NCBI GenBank assembly: GCA_965248835.1
Contig: CBDFLJ010000002.1
Coordinates: 1,824,001 to 1,888,000 of the forward strand
Origin: Alphaproteobacteria bacterium
GTDB lineage: Bacteria; Pseudomonadota; Alphaproteobacteria; MPNO01
Direction of reading: 5' to 3'
Length of the DNA stretch: 64,000 nucleotides
The notes below the pieces were generated by a model that saw only the letters and a list, made by a program, of their open reading frames with translations, was not told the origin of the DNA and made no database searches. Numbering within the stretch: the stretch's first letter is position 1; each line of letters starts with the position of its first letter. This document shows positions 38,889 through 48,014 of this stretch, piece after piece. The translations under genes and the position numbers were made by a program.

Positions 38889-39923
38889 ATGACCAAGTCC
38901 GGGATCCTTCGGACCGCTGCGGCGGTTTCGCTGGTTTCGATGACGGCAGCGTCCGCCACCATGGCCAAGGAGACACTGAACACCGTCACCGCGCTGCAGC
39001 GGTCCAACACGATCGCCAAGGCGTTCCTCACCAATTTCCTCGAGGCGACAAACGCCGCGAACGGACCGATAAACATGAAATATGTCGGCGGCCAGGAGGT
39101 CGTGCCGCCGCGCAAGGCGGCCAATGCGCTCAAGCGCGGCCAGTTCGATGCGTTGAGCTGCCCGACAGCCTATTACATCGGGACGGTGCCGGAGGGCTAC
39201 GCACTGTTGGCGGCCAACCAGGGCCCGACGGCGCTGCGCGCCAACGGTGCCTGGGAGATTCTTGAAGAGGCCTATATGAAGAAGGCTGGCGCAGTGCTGC
39301 TCGCCTGGGGCGAGAACATGACGTCGTACAACACCTATCTGAACGTCATGCCCAAGTTCGACGCCGATGGCGTGCCCGACCTGACGGGCATCAAGATGCG
39401 GGCGACCGGCACCTACCGGCCGCTGTTCCGCGCGCTCGGCGCCTCGACCATCAACATCAAATCCTCGGAGATCTTCACCGCCCTGCAACGCGGCACGGTC
39501 CAGGGGTTCGGCTGGCCGGACGTGGCGATCGTCACGCTGGGATTGCACAAGATCGTCAAGTACCGCATCACGCCCAACTTCTACCAGACCAACCAGGTGC
39601 TGACGATCAACCCCACCGTCTGGAACGCGCTGACCAAGGCGCAGCGCGCGTTCCTGAAGAAACAAGCCCTGACCTACGAGACGACCTCGGTGAGGTGGCT
39701 CGAGCAAGAGCGCGCCAAGGAAGAGAAGCAGATGCTGACGGCTGGGGTGAAGGACATCAAGCTCACCGGCAAGGCGGCGGACAGGTACCTCGACATCGCG
39801 CACCAGGAGATCTGGAAGCAGCTCAAGGAGCGCTCGGAGTATCATGATCGGCTCAAACCGCTGATGTACATCCCCGGCAAGCCCAACCGTCAGGTCAAGC
39901 TCGACAGGGGTCTGCGCCAATAG
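38889..39923 (+). CDS. dctP: TRAP substrate-binding protein (copy 1 of 3)
   Basis: Signal peptide; GIKMRATG; SEIFTALQRGTVQG. Confidence 0.9.
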   Translation: MTKSGILRTAAAVSLVSMTAASATMAKETLNTVTALQRSNTIAKAFLTNFLEATNAANGPINMKYVGGQEVVPPRKAANALKRGQFDALSCPTAYYIGTVPEGYALLAANQGPTALRANGAWEILEEAYMKKAGAVLLAWGENMTSYNTYLNVMPKFDADGVPDLTGIKMRATGTYRPLFRALGASTINIKSSEIFTALQRGTVQGFGWPDVAIVTLGLHKIVKYRITPNFYQTNQVLTINPTVWNALTKAQRAFLKKQALTYETTSVRWLEQERAKEEKQMLTAGVKDIKLTGKAADRYLDIAHQEIWKQLKERSEYHDRLKPLMYIPGKPNRQVKLDRGLRQ

Positions 39924-39929
39924 TGCGAT

Positions 39930-39962
39930 CGGCCTTCCGGCGGGGTTTCCGCCGGAAGGCCG
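39930..39962 (+). other. Intergenic GC stem-loop (degenerate second copy at ~41062-41094)
   Basis: cggccttccggcgg-ggttt-ccgccggaaggccg is a perfect 14-bp stem with no U tract. Confidence 0.7.
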
Positions 39963-40017
39963 GCCATGTCCGCCGCACCGAGCGGTCGGCATCTGCAATT
40001 ACAACGGGAGTAGCGCA

Positions 40018-41055
40018 ATGAACACCTATGGCCTTACCGCGACCTTCGCGGCGGTTTCTCTAGCCGCGGCGGCATCGGTCCAGACGGCCTCGGCCAAGGA
40101 CCAGCTTTCCGCCGTCACCTCGCTCGACCAGAACAATGTCCTGGTGGTCAGTTTCCGGACCAACTACGTCAAGCCGGTGAACGAGAAGCTCAAGGGCAGC
40201 CTGGCGATCAAGTACCTCGGCGGCCAGGAGATCGTGCCGCCGCGCAAGGCGGTCACGGCGCTGCGGCGCCAGCAGTTCGACATGCTGCACAGCCCGACCG
40301 CCTATTATATCGGCACCGTGCCCGAGGGCTATGCGCTCCAGGCCGCCAACCAGGGACCGGCAGCGCTGCGCAAGAACGGCGCCTGGAAGATCCTGCAGGA
40401 GGCCTATCTGAAGAAGGCCGGCGCGCATCTGCTGGCCTGGGGCGAAAACATGACCTCCTACGTCACCTATCTGCAGGTCATGCCCAAGTTCGACAAAGAC
40501 GGCGTGCCCGATCTGACCGGCATCAAGATGCGGGCGACCGGAACCTACCGGCCGCTGTTCCGCGCGCTCGGCGCATCGACCATCAACATCAAGTCCTCGG
40601 AGATCTACACCGCTGTGCAGCGCGGCACCGTCCAGGGCTTCGGCTGGGTCGACGTCTCGCTGGTCCCGCTCGGCCTGCACAAGATCGCGAAGTACCGCGT
40701 GACCCCAAACTACTATCAGACCAACACCGTGGTGACCGCCAATCCCGCTTCCTTGAAAGAGCTTACCCGGGAGCAGCGGGATACGCTCGAGCAGTTCGCG
40801 CTGGAATACGAGACCACCGCGGTGCACTGGATGGAAAAGCAGCGCCGGGCGGAGGAAAAGCAGATCAAGGCGGCCGGGGTCAAGGACATCGCGCTTACCG
40901 GCGCGGCGGCGGCGAAGTATCTCGATATCGCTCATAGCGAGATCTGGAAGCAGCTCAAGGAACGCTCCGAGTATCACGATAGGCTCAGGCCGTTGATGTA
41001 CATCCCCGGCAAGCCCAACCGTCAGGTCAAGCTCGACAGGGGTTTGCGCCAATAG
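40018..41055 (+). CDS. dctP: TRAP substrate-binding protein (copy 2 of 3)
   Basis: Paralogue of copies 1 and 3 with the same motifs. Confidence 0.9.
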   Translation: MNTYGLTATFAAVSLAAAASVQTASAKDQLSAVTSLDQNNVLVVSFRTNYVKPVNEKLKGSLAIKYLGGQEIVPPRKAVTALRRQQFDMLHSPTAYYIGTVPEGYALQAANQGPAALRKNGAWKILQEAYLKKAGAHLLAWGENMTSYVTYLQVMPKFDKDGVPDLTGIKMRATGTYRPLFRALGASTINIKSSEIYTAVQRGTVQGFGWVDVSLVPLGLHKIAKYRVTPNYYQTNTVVTANPASLKELTREQRDTLEQFALEYETTAVHWMEKQRRAEEKQIKAAGVKDIALTGAAAAKYLDIAHSEIWKQLKERSEYHDRLRPLMYIPGKPNRQVKLDRGLRQ

Positions 41056-41149
41056 TGCGATCGGCCTTCCGGTGGGGTTTCCGCCGCAAGGCCGGCCATG
41101 TCCGCCGCACCGAGCGGTCGGCATCTGCAATCACAATGGGAGTAGCGCA

Positions 41150-42187
41150 ATGAAAACCTACGGCCTTACCGCAACCCTCGCGGCGGTTTCTCTAGCCGCG
41201 GCGGCATCGGTCCAGACGGCCTCGGCCGAGGACCAGCTTTCCGCCGTCACCTCGCTCGACCAGAACAATGTCCTGGTGGTCAGTTTCCGGACCAACTACG
41301 TCAAGCCCGCGAACGCGATGCTCAAGGGCAGCATCAATATCAAATATCTCGGCGGCCAGGAGATCGTGCCGCCGCGCAAGGCGGTCACGGCGCTGCGGCG
41401 CCAGCAGTTCGACGTGCTGCACAGCCCGACGGCCTACTACATCGGCACCGTGCCGGAAGGGTATGCGATCCTCGCCGCCAACCAGGGTCCGGCGGCGCTG
41501 CGCAAGAACGGCGCCTGGAAGATCCTCCAGGAGATTTACCTCGAGAAGGCGGGCGCCCACCTGCTTGCTTGGGGCGAGAACATGACCTCCTACAACACCT
41601 ACCTGCAGGCCATGCCCAAATTCGACAAGGACGGCGTTCCGGACCTCACCGGTATCAAGATGCGGGCGACCGGCACCTATCGGCCGCTGTTCCGCGCGCT
41701 CGGCGCCTCGACCATCAACATCAAGTCCTCGGAGATCTACACCGCCCTGCAGCGCGGCACCGTCGAGGGCTTCGGCTATACTGACGTCTCGCTGGTTCCG
41801 CTTGGCCTGCACAAGGTCGTCAAATACCGCGTGACGCCGAACTACTACCAGACCAACACCGTCGTGACGGTTAATCCCAAGTCCTGGAACGCGCTGTCCG
41901 GGCAGCAGCGGGATGCGCTGGAAAAGCTCGCGATCGAGTACGAGACCACCTCGATCCATTGGGTGGAGAAGCAGCGGCGGACCGAGGAAGATGAGATCAA
42001 GGCTGCCGGCGTCAAGGACATCGCGCTCAGCGGCGCGGCTGCCGCGAAATATCTCGACATCGCGCACCGCGAGATCTGGAAGCAGCTCAAGGAACGTTCG
42101 AAGTATCACGACAGGCTCAGGCCGCTGATGTACATCCCGGGCAAGCCCAACCGCCAGGCCGACCTCGGCCGCGCGCTCCGCCAATAG
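41150..42187 (+). CDS. dctP: TRAP substrate-binding protein (copy 3 of 3)
   Basis: Start MKTYGL at 41150, by alignment with copy 2. Confidence 0.9.
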   Translation: MKTYGLTATLAAVSLAAAASVQTASAEDQLSAVTSLDQNNVLVVSFRTNYVKPANAMLKGSINIKYLGGQEIVPPRKAVTALRRQQFDVLHSPTAYYIGTVPEGYAILAANQGPAALRKNGAWKILQEIYLEKAGAHLLAWGENMTSYNTYLQAMPKFDKDGVPDLTGIKMRATGTYRPLFRALGASTINIKSSEIYTALQRGTVEGFGYTDVSLVPLGLHKVVKYRVTPNYYQTNTVVTVNPKSWNALSGQQRDALEKLAIEYETTSIHWVEKQRRTEEDEIKAAGVKDIALSGAAAAKYLDIAHREIWKQLKERSKYHDRLRPLMYIPGKPNRQADLGRALRQ

Positions 42188-42199
42188 GACGCTCCGTCC

Positions 42200-42718
42200 T
42201 TGCTGGAGGCATTCGACAAGAAACTCGAAGCGGTGGTGGGGGCGCTGGTCTGGGTGGCCTGCGCCCTCATCCCGTGCATCTTCATCATGATCACGATCGA
42301 TGTTTCGATCCGTACCATCGGGTTCACGCCGCCGCTGTTTACGTCTTCGATCGTCGAATATGCACTGCTCTACATCGCGATGTGCTCGGCGCCATGGCTG
42401 GTCCGCCAGAAGGGCCACGTCGCGATCGAGGCGTTGGTGGCCATGCTGCCCACCAACGTGCGCGAGCCGCTGGCCAAGATCGTCTATCTGGTCTGCGCGG
42501 TCATCGCGGTCTATTTCGCCTGGCTGTCGGTGGAGCTGTTCATCGAGGCGATCGAGACCGGCAATCTCGATGTCCGCGGCATCGACATGCCCTATTGGAC
42601 CCAGTTCCTTCCGATGCCATTCGGCTACCTTCTGGTGGGGCTGGAGTTCCTGATGTTCTTCCTGGGGCTCAGGCACTACTACACCTACGATCTCGGCGAA
42701 GTGAAGGACAGCGTCTGA
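42200..42718 (+). CDS. dctQ: TRAP transporter small permease
   Basis: DVSIR, VEYALLY, GHVAIE. Confidence 0.87.
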   Translation: MLEAFDKKLEAVVGALVWVACALIPCIFIMITIDVSIRTIGFTPPLFTSSIVEYALLYIAMCSAPWLVRQKGHVAIEALVAMLPTNVREPLAKIVYLVCAVIAVYFAWLSVELFIEAIETGNLDVRGIDMPYWTQFLPMPFGYLLVGLEFLMFFLGLRHYYTYDLGEVKDSV

Positions 42719-42721
42719 GCG

Positions 42722-44029
42722 ATGGAATGGTATGAAGCAGGGGCGGCCCTCCTCGGCTGCGTCGTCGCCGGCATGGCGTTGGGCTTCCCGGTCGCGTTTA
42801 CATTTCTGATCGCCAACGTCTTGGGCATGTTCGTCTTCGCCAACGGCTGGTCGAACCTGATCCAGATCGCCGACAACGCGCCGCAGCTCATCACCACCTT
42901 CACCCTGTCGCCGATCCCGATGTTCATCCTGATGGGGGCGCTGTTCTTCCATACCGGGTTGGCGATCCGTGTGTTCGACGCGCTCGACAAGCTGCTCGGG
43001 CGGATCCCCGGGCGGCTGTGCTTCCTGACGGTGATCGGCGGCTCGCTGTTCTCGACGCTGACCGGCTCGACGATGGCCAATACCGCCATGCTGGGCTCGC
43101 TGCTGGTGCCGGAGATGACCCGGCGCGGCTACAACAAGCGCATGTCGATGGGCCCGATCCTGGGCACCGGCGGGCTGGCGATGATCATCCCGCCGTCATC
43201 GCTGGGCGTGCTGCTGGCTTCGATCGCGGGCGTCGACGTCGGCGCGCTGCTGATCGCGGGCCTCTTGCCGGGCTTCCTGCTGGCCGTTCTCTACGCCGCG
43301 ATGATCCTGTTCCAGCTCTATATCAACCCGGAGGCCGCGCCGAGCTACGAGATCGAGTCCACGACCTGGCGTGAGAAGCTCTACCAAGTCGTGGTCAACA
43401 TCCTGCCGATGAGCCTGGTCGTGTTCATGGTCATCGGGTTCATCGTCCTGGGCTGGGCGACGCCTTCGGAGTCGGCCTCCTTCGGGGTGGTCGGCGTGTG
43501 CATCCTGGCCATCGCCTTCCGCGCGTTTACCTGGAAGGCGTTCAAGACCTCGCTGGTCGGCGCGATCCGCGTCGTCGGCATGGTCTTCTTCATCCTGATG
43601 AACTCCACGGTGTTCAGCCAGCTCCTTGCGATGTCGGGCGCGGGCCGCGGGCTGACGGAATGGGCGACCGGGTTCGAAGTGGCCCCGCTGGTGATCCTGT
43701 CGGCGATGTTCGTGGTCCTGATCGTGCTCGGCATGTTCATGGACCAAGTCTCCATGATGCTGATCACGGTGCCGATCTTCTACCCGATCGCCCAGACTCT
43801 GGGCTACGACCTGATCTGGTTCTCGCTGATCGTGCTGATGTCGCTGGAGATGAGCGCGACCACGCCGCCCTTCGGGTTGCTGCTCTACATCATGATGGGA
43901 ATGGTGCGCGGGACATCGCTGTTCGAGGTCGCCTCGTATGCGATTCCGTTCCTGTTCTGCGACCTGATCCTGATCATCATCCTGGTCATCGCACCGGGCA
44001 TTGCGCTGTATTTGCCGAGTCTGATGTGA
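42722..44029 (+). CDS. dctM: TRAP transporter large permease
   Basis: PIPMFILMG, GGLAMIIPPSS, TTPPFG. Confidence 0.93.
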   Translation: MEWYEAGAALLGCVVAGMALGFPVAFTFLIANVLGMFVFANGWSNLIQIADNAPQLITTFTLSPIPMFILMGALFFHTGLAIRVFDALDKLLGRIPGRLCFLTVIGGSLFSTLTGSTMANTAMLGSLLVPEMTRRGYNKRMSMGPILGTGGLAMIIPPSSLGVLLASIAGVDVGALLIAGLLPGFLLAVLYAAMILFQLYINPEAAPSYEIESTTWREKLYQVVVNILPMSLVVFMVIGFIVLGWATPSESASFGVVGVCILAIAFRAFTWKAFKTSLVGAIRVVGMVFFILMNSTVFSQLLAMSGAGRGLTEWATGFEVAPLVILSAMFVVLIVLGMFMDQVSMMLITVPIFYPIAQTLGYDLIWFSLIVLMSLEMSATTPPFGLLLYIMMGMVRGTSLFEVASYAIPFLFCDLILIIILVIAPGIALYLPSLM

Positions 44030-44075
44030 GAGCCGGCCGCTTCGGGCGGCCGGGAGCATGAAGGGGGAATGGGCG

Positions 44076-44945
44076 ATGGATCCGCGCGATCGCATCGAGT
44101 ACAGCGCCATCGTCGACCGGGCGCCGCTCAAGCTGCCCGACGGCGCGCGGATCATCGTCTGGCCGGTCTTCAACATCGAGAACTGGGACACCAACGCGCC
44201 GATGCCGCGCGCGATCCTGACCCCGCCGGGCGAGCAGCTCTTCGTCCCCGACATCCCCAACTGGAGCTGGCAGGAATACGGCATGCGGGTCGGGTTCTGG
44301 CGCATCAAGGCGGCCTTCGACCGGCTCGGCATCAAGCCGACATTCTCGCTCAACGCCTCGGTCTGCGACGTCTATCCGCGGGTGGCCCAGGCTGCGCTCG
44401 ATGCCGGCTGGGAGTTCCTGCCGCACACCTATCACCAGATGCCGATGCACAAGCTCGATGACGAGCGCAAGACCATCCGCGAGACCGTCGCGCGGATCGA
44501 GGCGTTCACCGGTACCCGGCCGCGCGGCTGGATCGGCCCCGGCCTGACCCAGACCTACGAGACCTCGGACCTTCTGGTCGAGGAGGGGCTGGACTATGTG
44601 GCGGACTTCGTCTGGGACGACGAGCCGACGACGGTGCGCACGCGGGCGGGCGATCTGGTCAACGTGCCCTATTCGGTCGAGCTCAACGACATCGCGATGA
44701 TGCTCCTGCAGCATCACCGGGCGGATGAGCTCTACGCTCGCACCATGGACCAGTTCGAGCGGCTTTACGAGGAAGGTGCGGAGCGCGCCAAGGTGATGGG
44801 CTTCGGCATCCACCCCTATATCAGCGGCGTGCCCCACCGCATCAAGCATCTCGAGGCGATGCTGGCCCAGATCGCCGCGCGGCCCGGCGTCCTGTTCTGG
44901 TCCGGCGCGGAGATCGTCGACTGGTACAAGGCCGCTTCGGGCTGA
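44076..44945 (+). CDS. Polysaccharide deacetylase family protein (PuuE/allantoinase-like)
   Basis: EYGMRVGFWR, RPRGWIGPG, VPYSVELND, HPYISGVPHR. Confidence 0.85.
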   Translation: MDPRDRIEYSAIVDRAPLKLPDGARIIVWPVFNIENWDTNAPMPRAILTPPGEQLFVPDIPNWSWQEYGMRVGFWRIKAAFDRLGIKPTFSLNASVCDVYPRVAQAALDAGWEFLPHTYHQMPMHKLDDERKTIRETVARIEAFTGTRPRGWIGPGLTQTYETSDLLVEEGLDYVADFVWDDEPTTVRTRAGDLVNVPYSVELNDIAMMLLQHHRADELYARTMDQFERLYEEGAERAKVMGFGIHPYISGVPHRIKHLEAMLAQIAARPGVLFWSGAEIVDWYKAASG

Positions 44946-44989
44946 AGGAAGAAGGGGCAGCACCGTTTTCGCGGTGCCGCCGGCAAGGC

Positions 44990-45898
44990 GTGGTCGGCGG
45001 TGGAGGGCGATCGACGAGCCGCGCCGGCCCGGCCGCGCGCATGCTGCCCGACGGCAAGCGGCTGCATCTACAGCACGGCCCGATCGACCTGATCATCGGG
45101 GCCGCGGGGCCTGCAGCCGAAGTCCGCGCGGCCTACGCCCGCGCCACGGACCGTTTTCAGGATGTGCTCGATCGCCTGGTCGGTGAGCTGCCGCTGTTGC
45201 GCCGCCCGATCGCTGCGCCGCGGCCGCTGCCGGACGGGCCGGTCGCGCGGCGCATGGTCGCGGCCGTGTGGCCGCACCGTGCCGTCTTCGTCACCCCGAT
45301 GGCCGCGGTCGCCGGCGCGGTGGCCGATGAGATGCTCGCGGCAATGACGGAAGGGCAGCGGCTGGAGACGGCCTACGTCAACAACGGCGGTGACATCGCG
45401 GTCCACCTGGCCGAAGGCGCCCGCCTGAGGCTCGGCATCGTCGGCGAGATCGACAACCCGGCGATCGATGCCACCGCGGCGATCAGCCACGGGAGTCCGG
45501 TTCGAGGCATCGCCACCAGCGGCTGGCGCGGCCGTAGCTGGTCCTTCGGCATCGCCGATGCGGTGACCGTGCTGGCGACCAGCGCCGCCGCCGCCGATGT
45601 CGCCGCGACCCTGATCGCCAACGAGGTGACGGTCGATCACCCGGCGATTACCCGTGCGCCCGCCTCCGAGATCGACGATAACACCGATCTCGGCCGGCGC
45701 CCGGTCATCGTTGCGGTCGGCGACCTCGACCCCGCCGCGGTCGCAGCGGCGCTGGACCGCGGCGCGTCGTGTGCCGAGGCGATGCGCAGGGCTGGACACG
45801 CTACCGCGGCGATGCTGGTATTGTGCGGGGACCGCCGCATCGTCGGCGAGGCCGAGGCGCTTGCCGCCGGCACCAGAGAGGACCGAAGCGATGGATGA
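44990..45898 (+). CDS. UPF0280 family (ApbE-like) protein
   Basis: LHLQHGPIDL, TPMAAVAGAVAD, VNNGGDIA, GIATSGWRGRS. Confidence 0.85.
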   Translation: MVGGGGRSTSRAGPAARMLPDGKRLHLQHGPIDLIIGAAGPAAEVRAAYARATDRFQDVLDRLVGELPLLRRPIAAPRPLPDGPVARRMVAAVWPHRAVFVTPMAAVAGAVADEMLAAMTEGQRLETAYVNNGGDIAVHLAEGARLRLGIVGEIDNPAIDATAAISHGSPVRGIATSGWRGRSWSFGIADAVTVLATSAAAADVAATLIANEVTVDHPAITRAPASEIDDNTDLGRRPVIVAVGDLDPAAVAAALDRGASCAEAMRRAGHATAAMLVLCGDRRIVGEAEALAAGTREDRSDG

Positions 45899-46520
45899 CG
45901 CCCGCAGCGTGATCGAGACTGCCGCCGAGGGCGATTTCGGCGAGCTGGTAAAAGTCAGAAAATTCGTCATGCATGTCGAGGAGGTGCTGCACGAGTTCGG
46001 CCCGCCGGCCGAAACGCCGCAATGGAAGGGCTATATCGCCGCGGTCACCGGCAACCCCTATGCCGGGCGCTATGTCGAGGACCTGATGCCGCTCATGGAC
46101 GCGCTGAAGCCGCTCGGCCTTGCGATGGCCAGGCGGCTGATGGACGTGCTGGGCGGCCCCGACCGGATCGTCGCCTACGGCAAGTCGGCCATTGTCGGCG
46201 AGAACGGCGAGCTCGAGCACGCCGCCCTCTGGCACGAGCCCGGCGGCTACGGCATGCGCCAGCTGATGGAGAAATCGGCCGCGATCGTTCCCAGCACCAA
46301 GAAGGTCGGCGGCCCGGGCTGTGCGGTCGATGTCCCGATCGCCCACGCCAATGCGGCCTATGTACGCTCGCACTTCGATGCGATCGAATGCTCGATCCCC
46401 GACGCGCCACGCGCCAACGAGATCGTCTGGATCCAGTCGATGTCGACCGCGCCCCGCATATACGACCGGGCCGGCGGTCTCAAGGACGCCGATACCAAGG
46501 GTGAGGACGGGCTGCGATAG
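45891..46520 (+). CDS. 'Amino acid synthesis' (DUF1185) family protein
   Basis: NPYAGRYVEDL, YGKSAIVGENGELEH, AAYVRSHFD, DAPRANEI. Confidence 0.83.
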   Translation: MDDARSVIETAAEGDFGELVKVRKFVMHVEEVLHEFGPPAETPQWKGYIAAVTGNPYAGRYVEDLMPLMDALKPLGLAMARRLMDVLGGPDRIVAYGKSAIVGENGELEHAALWHEPGGYGMRQLMEKSAAIVPSTKKVGGPGCAVDVPIAHANAAYVRSHFDAIECSIPDAPRANEIVWIQSMSTAPRIYDRAGGLKDADTKGEDGLR

Positions 46521-46655
46521 GCCCGCCGAGCGCGAACGGCGGGCGTGACTTCGGCCGGATTATGGTCGAGAATCGATCAGGCTTCGAGGATCACGATCAC
46601 AATTGGGATTCCCGGTCGAGGCGGCGAATCGAACAGCGAGCCGAAGAGGTTGGAG

Positions 46656-47858
46656 ATGAATGATCAAGCCGATGCCGTGGCAATCGAGACCGCGGCAGAG
46701 GAGGTCATCGAGCGGGCCGCGGCGATCGCGCCGGTCCTGAAGGAGCGTGCGCGCAAAGCCGAGGAGCTGCGACGGCTGCCGGCCGAGAACGTCGCAGCGG
46801 TGCAAAAGGCCGGCCTGTTGAAAGTGCTCCAGCCCAGGCGCTTCGGCGGCTACCAGTTTGACCTCCACACCCATCTCGACGTGGTCAGCGAGGTCGCGCG
46901 CGGATGCGGCTCGACCGGGTGGTGCCTGGGCGTGATGCACGCCCATAGCTGGCTCTCCGGCCTGCTGCCCGAGGATGCCCAGAAGGAGCTCTACGGCGCC
47001 AACCCCGATGCGATCATCTCGGCGGTCATCGCCCCGCGCGGCACCGCGAGGAAGGTGGACGGCGGCTACGTGCTCAACGGCTTCTGGCCCTTCGGCTCGG
47101 GTTGCGAGCATTCGGACTGGCTTTTCCTCGGCGCAGCCGTCCAGGACGAGCACGGCGAGACCACCGACGAGGCCGATTTCCTGATCCCCACCGCCGACAT
47201 AGAAATCAGGGACGACTGGCACGTGGTGGGCCTGCGCGGAACCGGGAGTTGCAGTCTCGTCGCCAAGGATGTCTTCGTGCCCGCGCACCGCTACATCTCC
47301 CTGATCGCCGCGATCGCGGGGAACTATCCCGGCGCACACCTGCATGACGGCTGGCTCCACAAGGCGGCCTTCGTCCCGGTGCTGGCGATCGCGCTGACCG
47401 GGCCGGCGCTGGGCGTCGCCAAGGCCGCGCTCGAGGACTTCAAGGCCTACGTCCCCGGCCGGACCATCGCCTATACGCCCGAAGAGGTGCAGATCGACAA
47501 CACCGCGACCCATCTCGAGGTCGCCGAGGCGTCGATCAAGATCGATGCCGCGCACTTGCTGCTCCACCGCAGCGCCGATGACATCGAGGACGCGGCCAAG
47601 GCGGGCGGAGAGATGCCGCTGGAGATCCGCGCTCGGGTGCGGATGGACTGCGCCTACGCGGTCCGGCTGTGCCTGGAGGCGGTGGAGATCCTTTATCTCG
47701 CCACCGGCGGCAGCGGGATCGCCGCGAAAAACCCGATCCAGCGGGCGCAACGCGACATCCACGCCATCAACATGCATGGGCTTCTGTCGCTGAAGACGAA
47801 TCTGGAGATGTACGGCCGCATCCTGCTGGGACTGCCGCAGAACACGCCGCTGATCTGA
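46656..47858 (+). CDS. Flavin-dependent monooxygenase, acyl-CoA dehydrogenase fold (HsaA-like)
   Basis: QPRRFGG, CGSTGW, WPFGSGCEHSDW, DDWHVVGLRGTGS, IQRAQRD. Confidence 0.87.
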   Translation: MNDQADAVAIETAAEEVIERAAAIAPVLKERARKAEELRRLPAENVAAVQKAGLLKVLQPRRFGGYQFDLHTHLDVVSEVARGCGSTGWCLGVMHAHSWLSGLLPEDAQKELYGANPDAIISAVIAPRGTARKVDGGYVLNGFWPFGSGCEHSDWLFLGAAVQDEHGETTDEADFLIPTADIEIRDDWHVVGLRGTGSCSLVAKDVFVPAHRYISLIAAIAGNYPGAHLHDGWLHKAAFVPVLAIALTGPALGVAKAALEDFKAYVPGRTIAYTPEEVQIDNTATHLEVAEASIKIDAAHLLLHRSADDIEDAAKAGGEMPLEIRARVRMDCAYAVRLCLEAVEILYLATGGSGIAAKNPIQRAQRDIHAINMHGLLSLKTNLEMYGRILLGLPQNTPLI

Positions 47859-48014
47859 GCGCGGCCGCCAGCGCAACATCGCACGCAGGAGGCGCTCGTG
47901 CGCTGAGGACGGTCCGCCCGCCCCGCTTATCTCCGAATTCCGAATTACTCTGCCGGGTTGTGCGGGGCTCCGGGATAGAATGGCCGCCGCAAACGAATAC
48001 GGAGACTGGACGAT

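Larger units (their letters stand above)
39860..41307 (+). repeat. Near-identical direct repeat (~39860-40175 vs ~40992-41307, offset 1132) covering the dctP end, spacer and next dctP start
   Basis: tgatgtacatccccggcaagcccaaccgtcaggtcaagctcgacagggg...tagtgcgatcggccttccgg...gggagtagcgcaatgaa appears twice. Confidence 0.9.
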
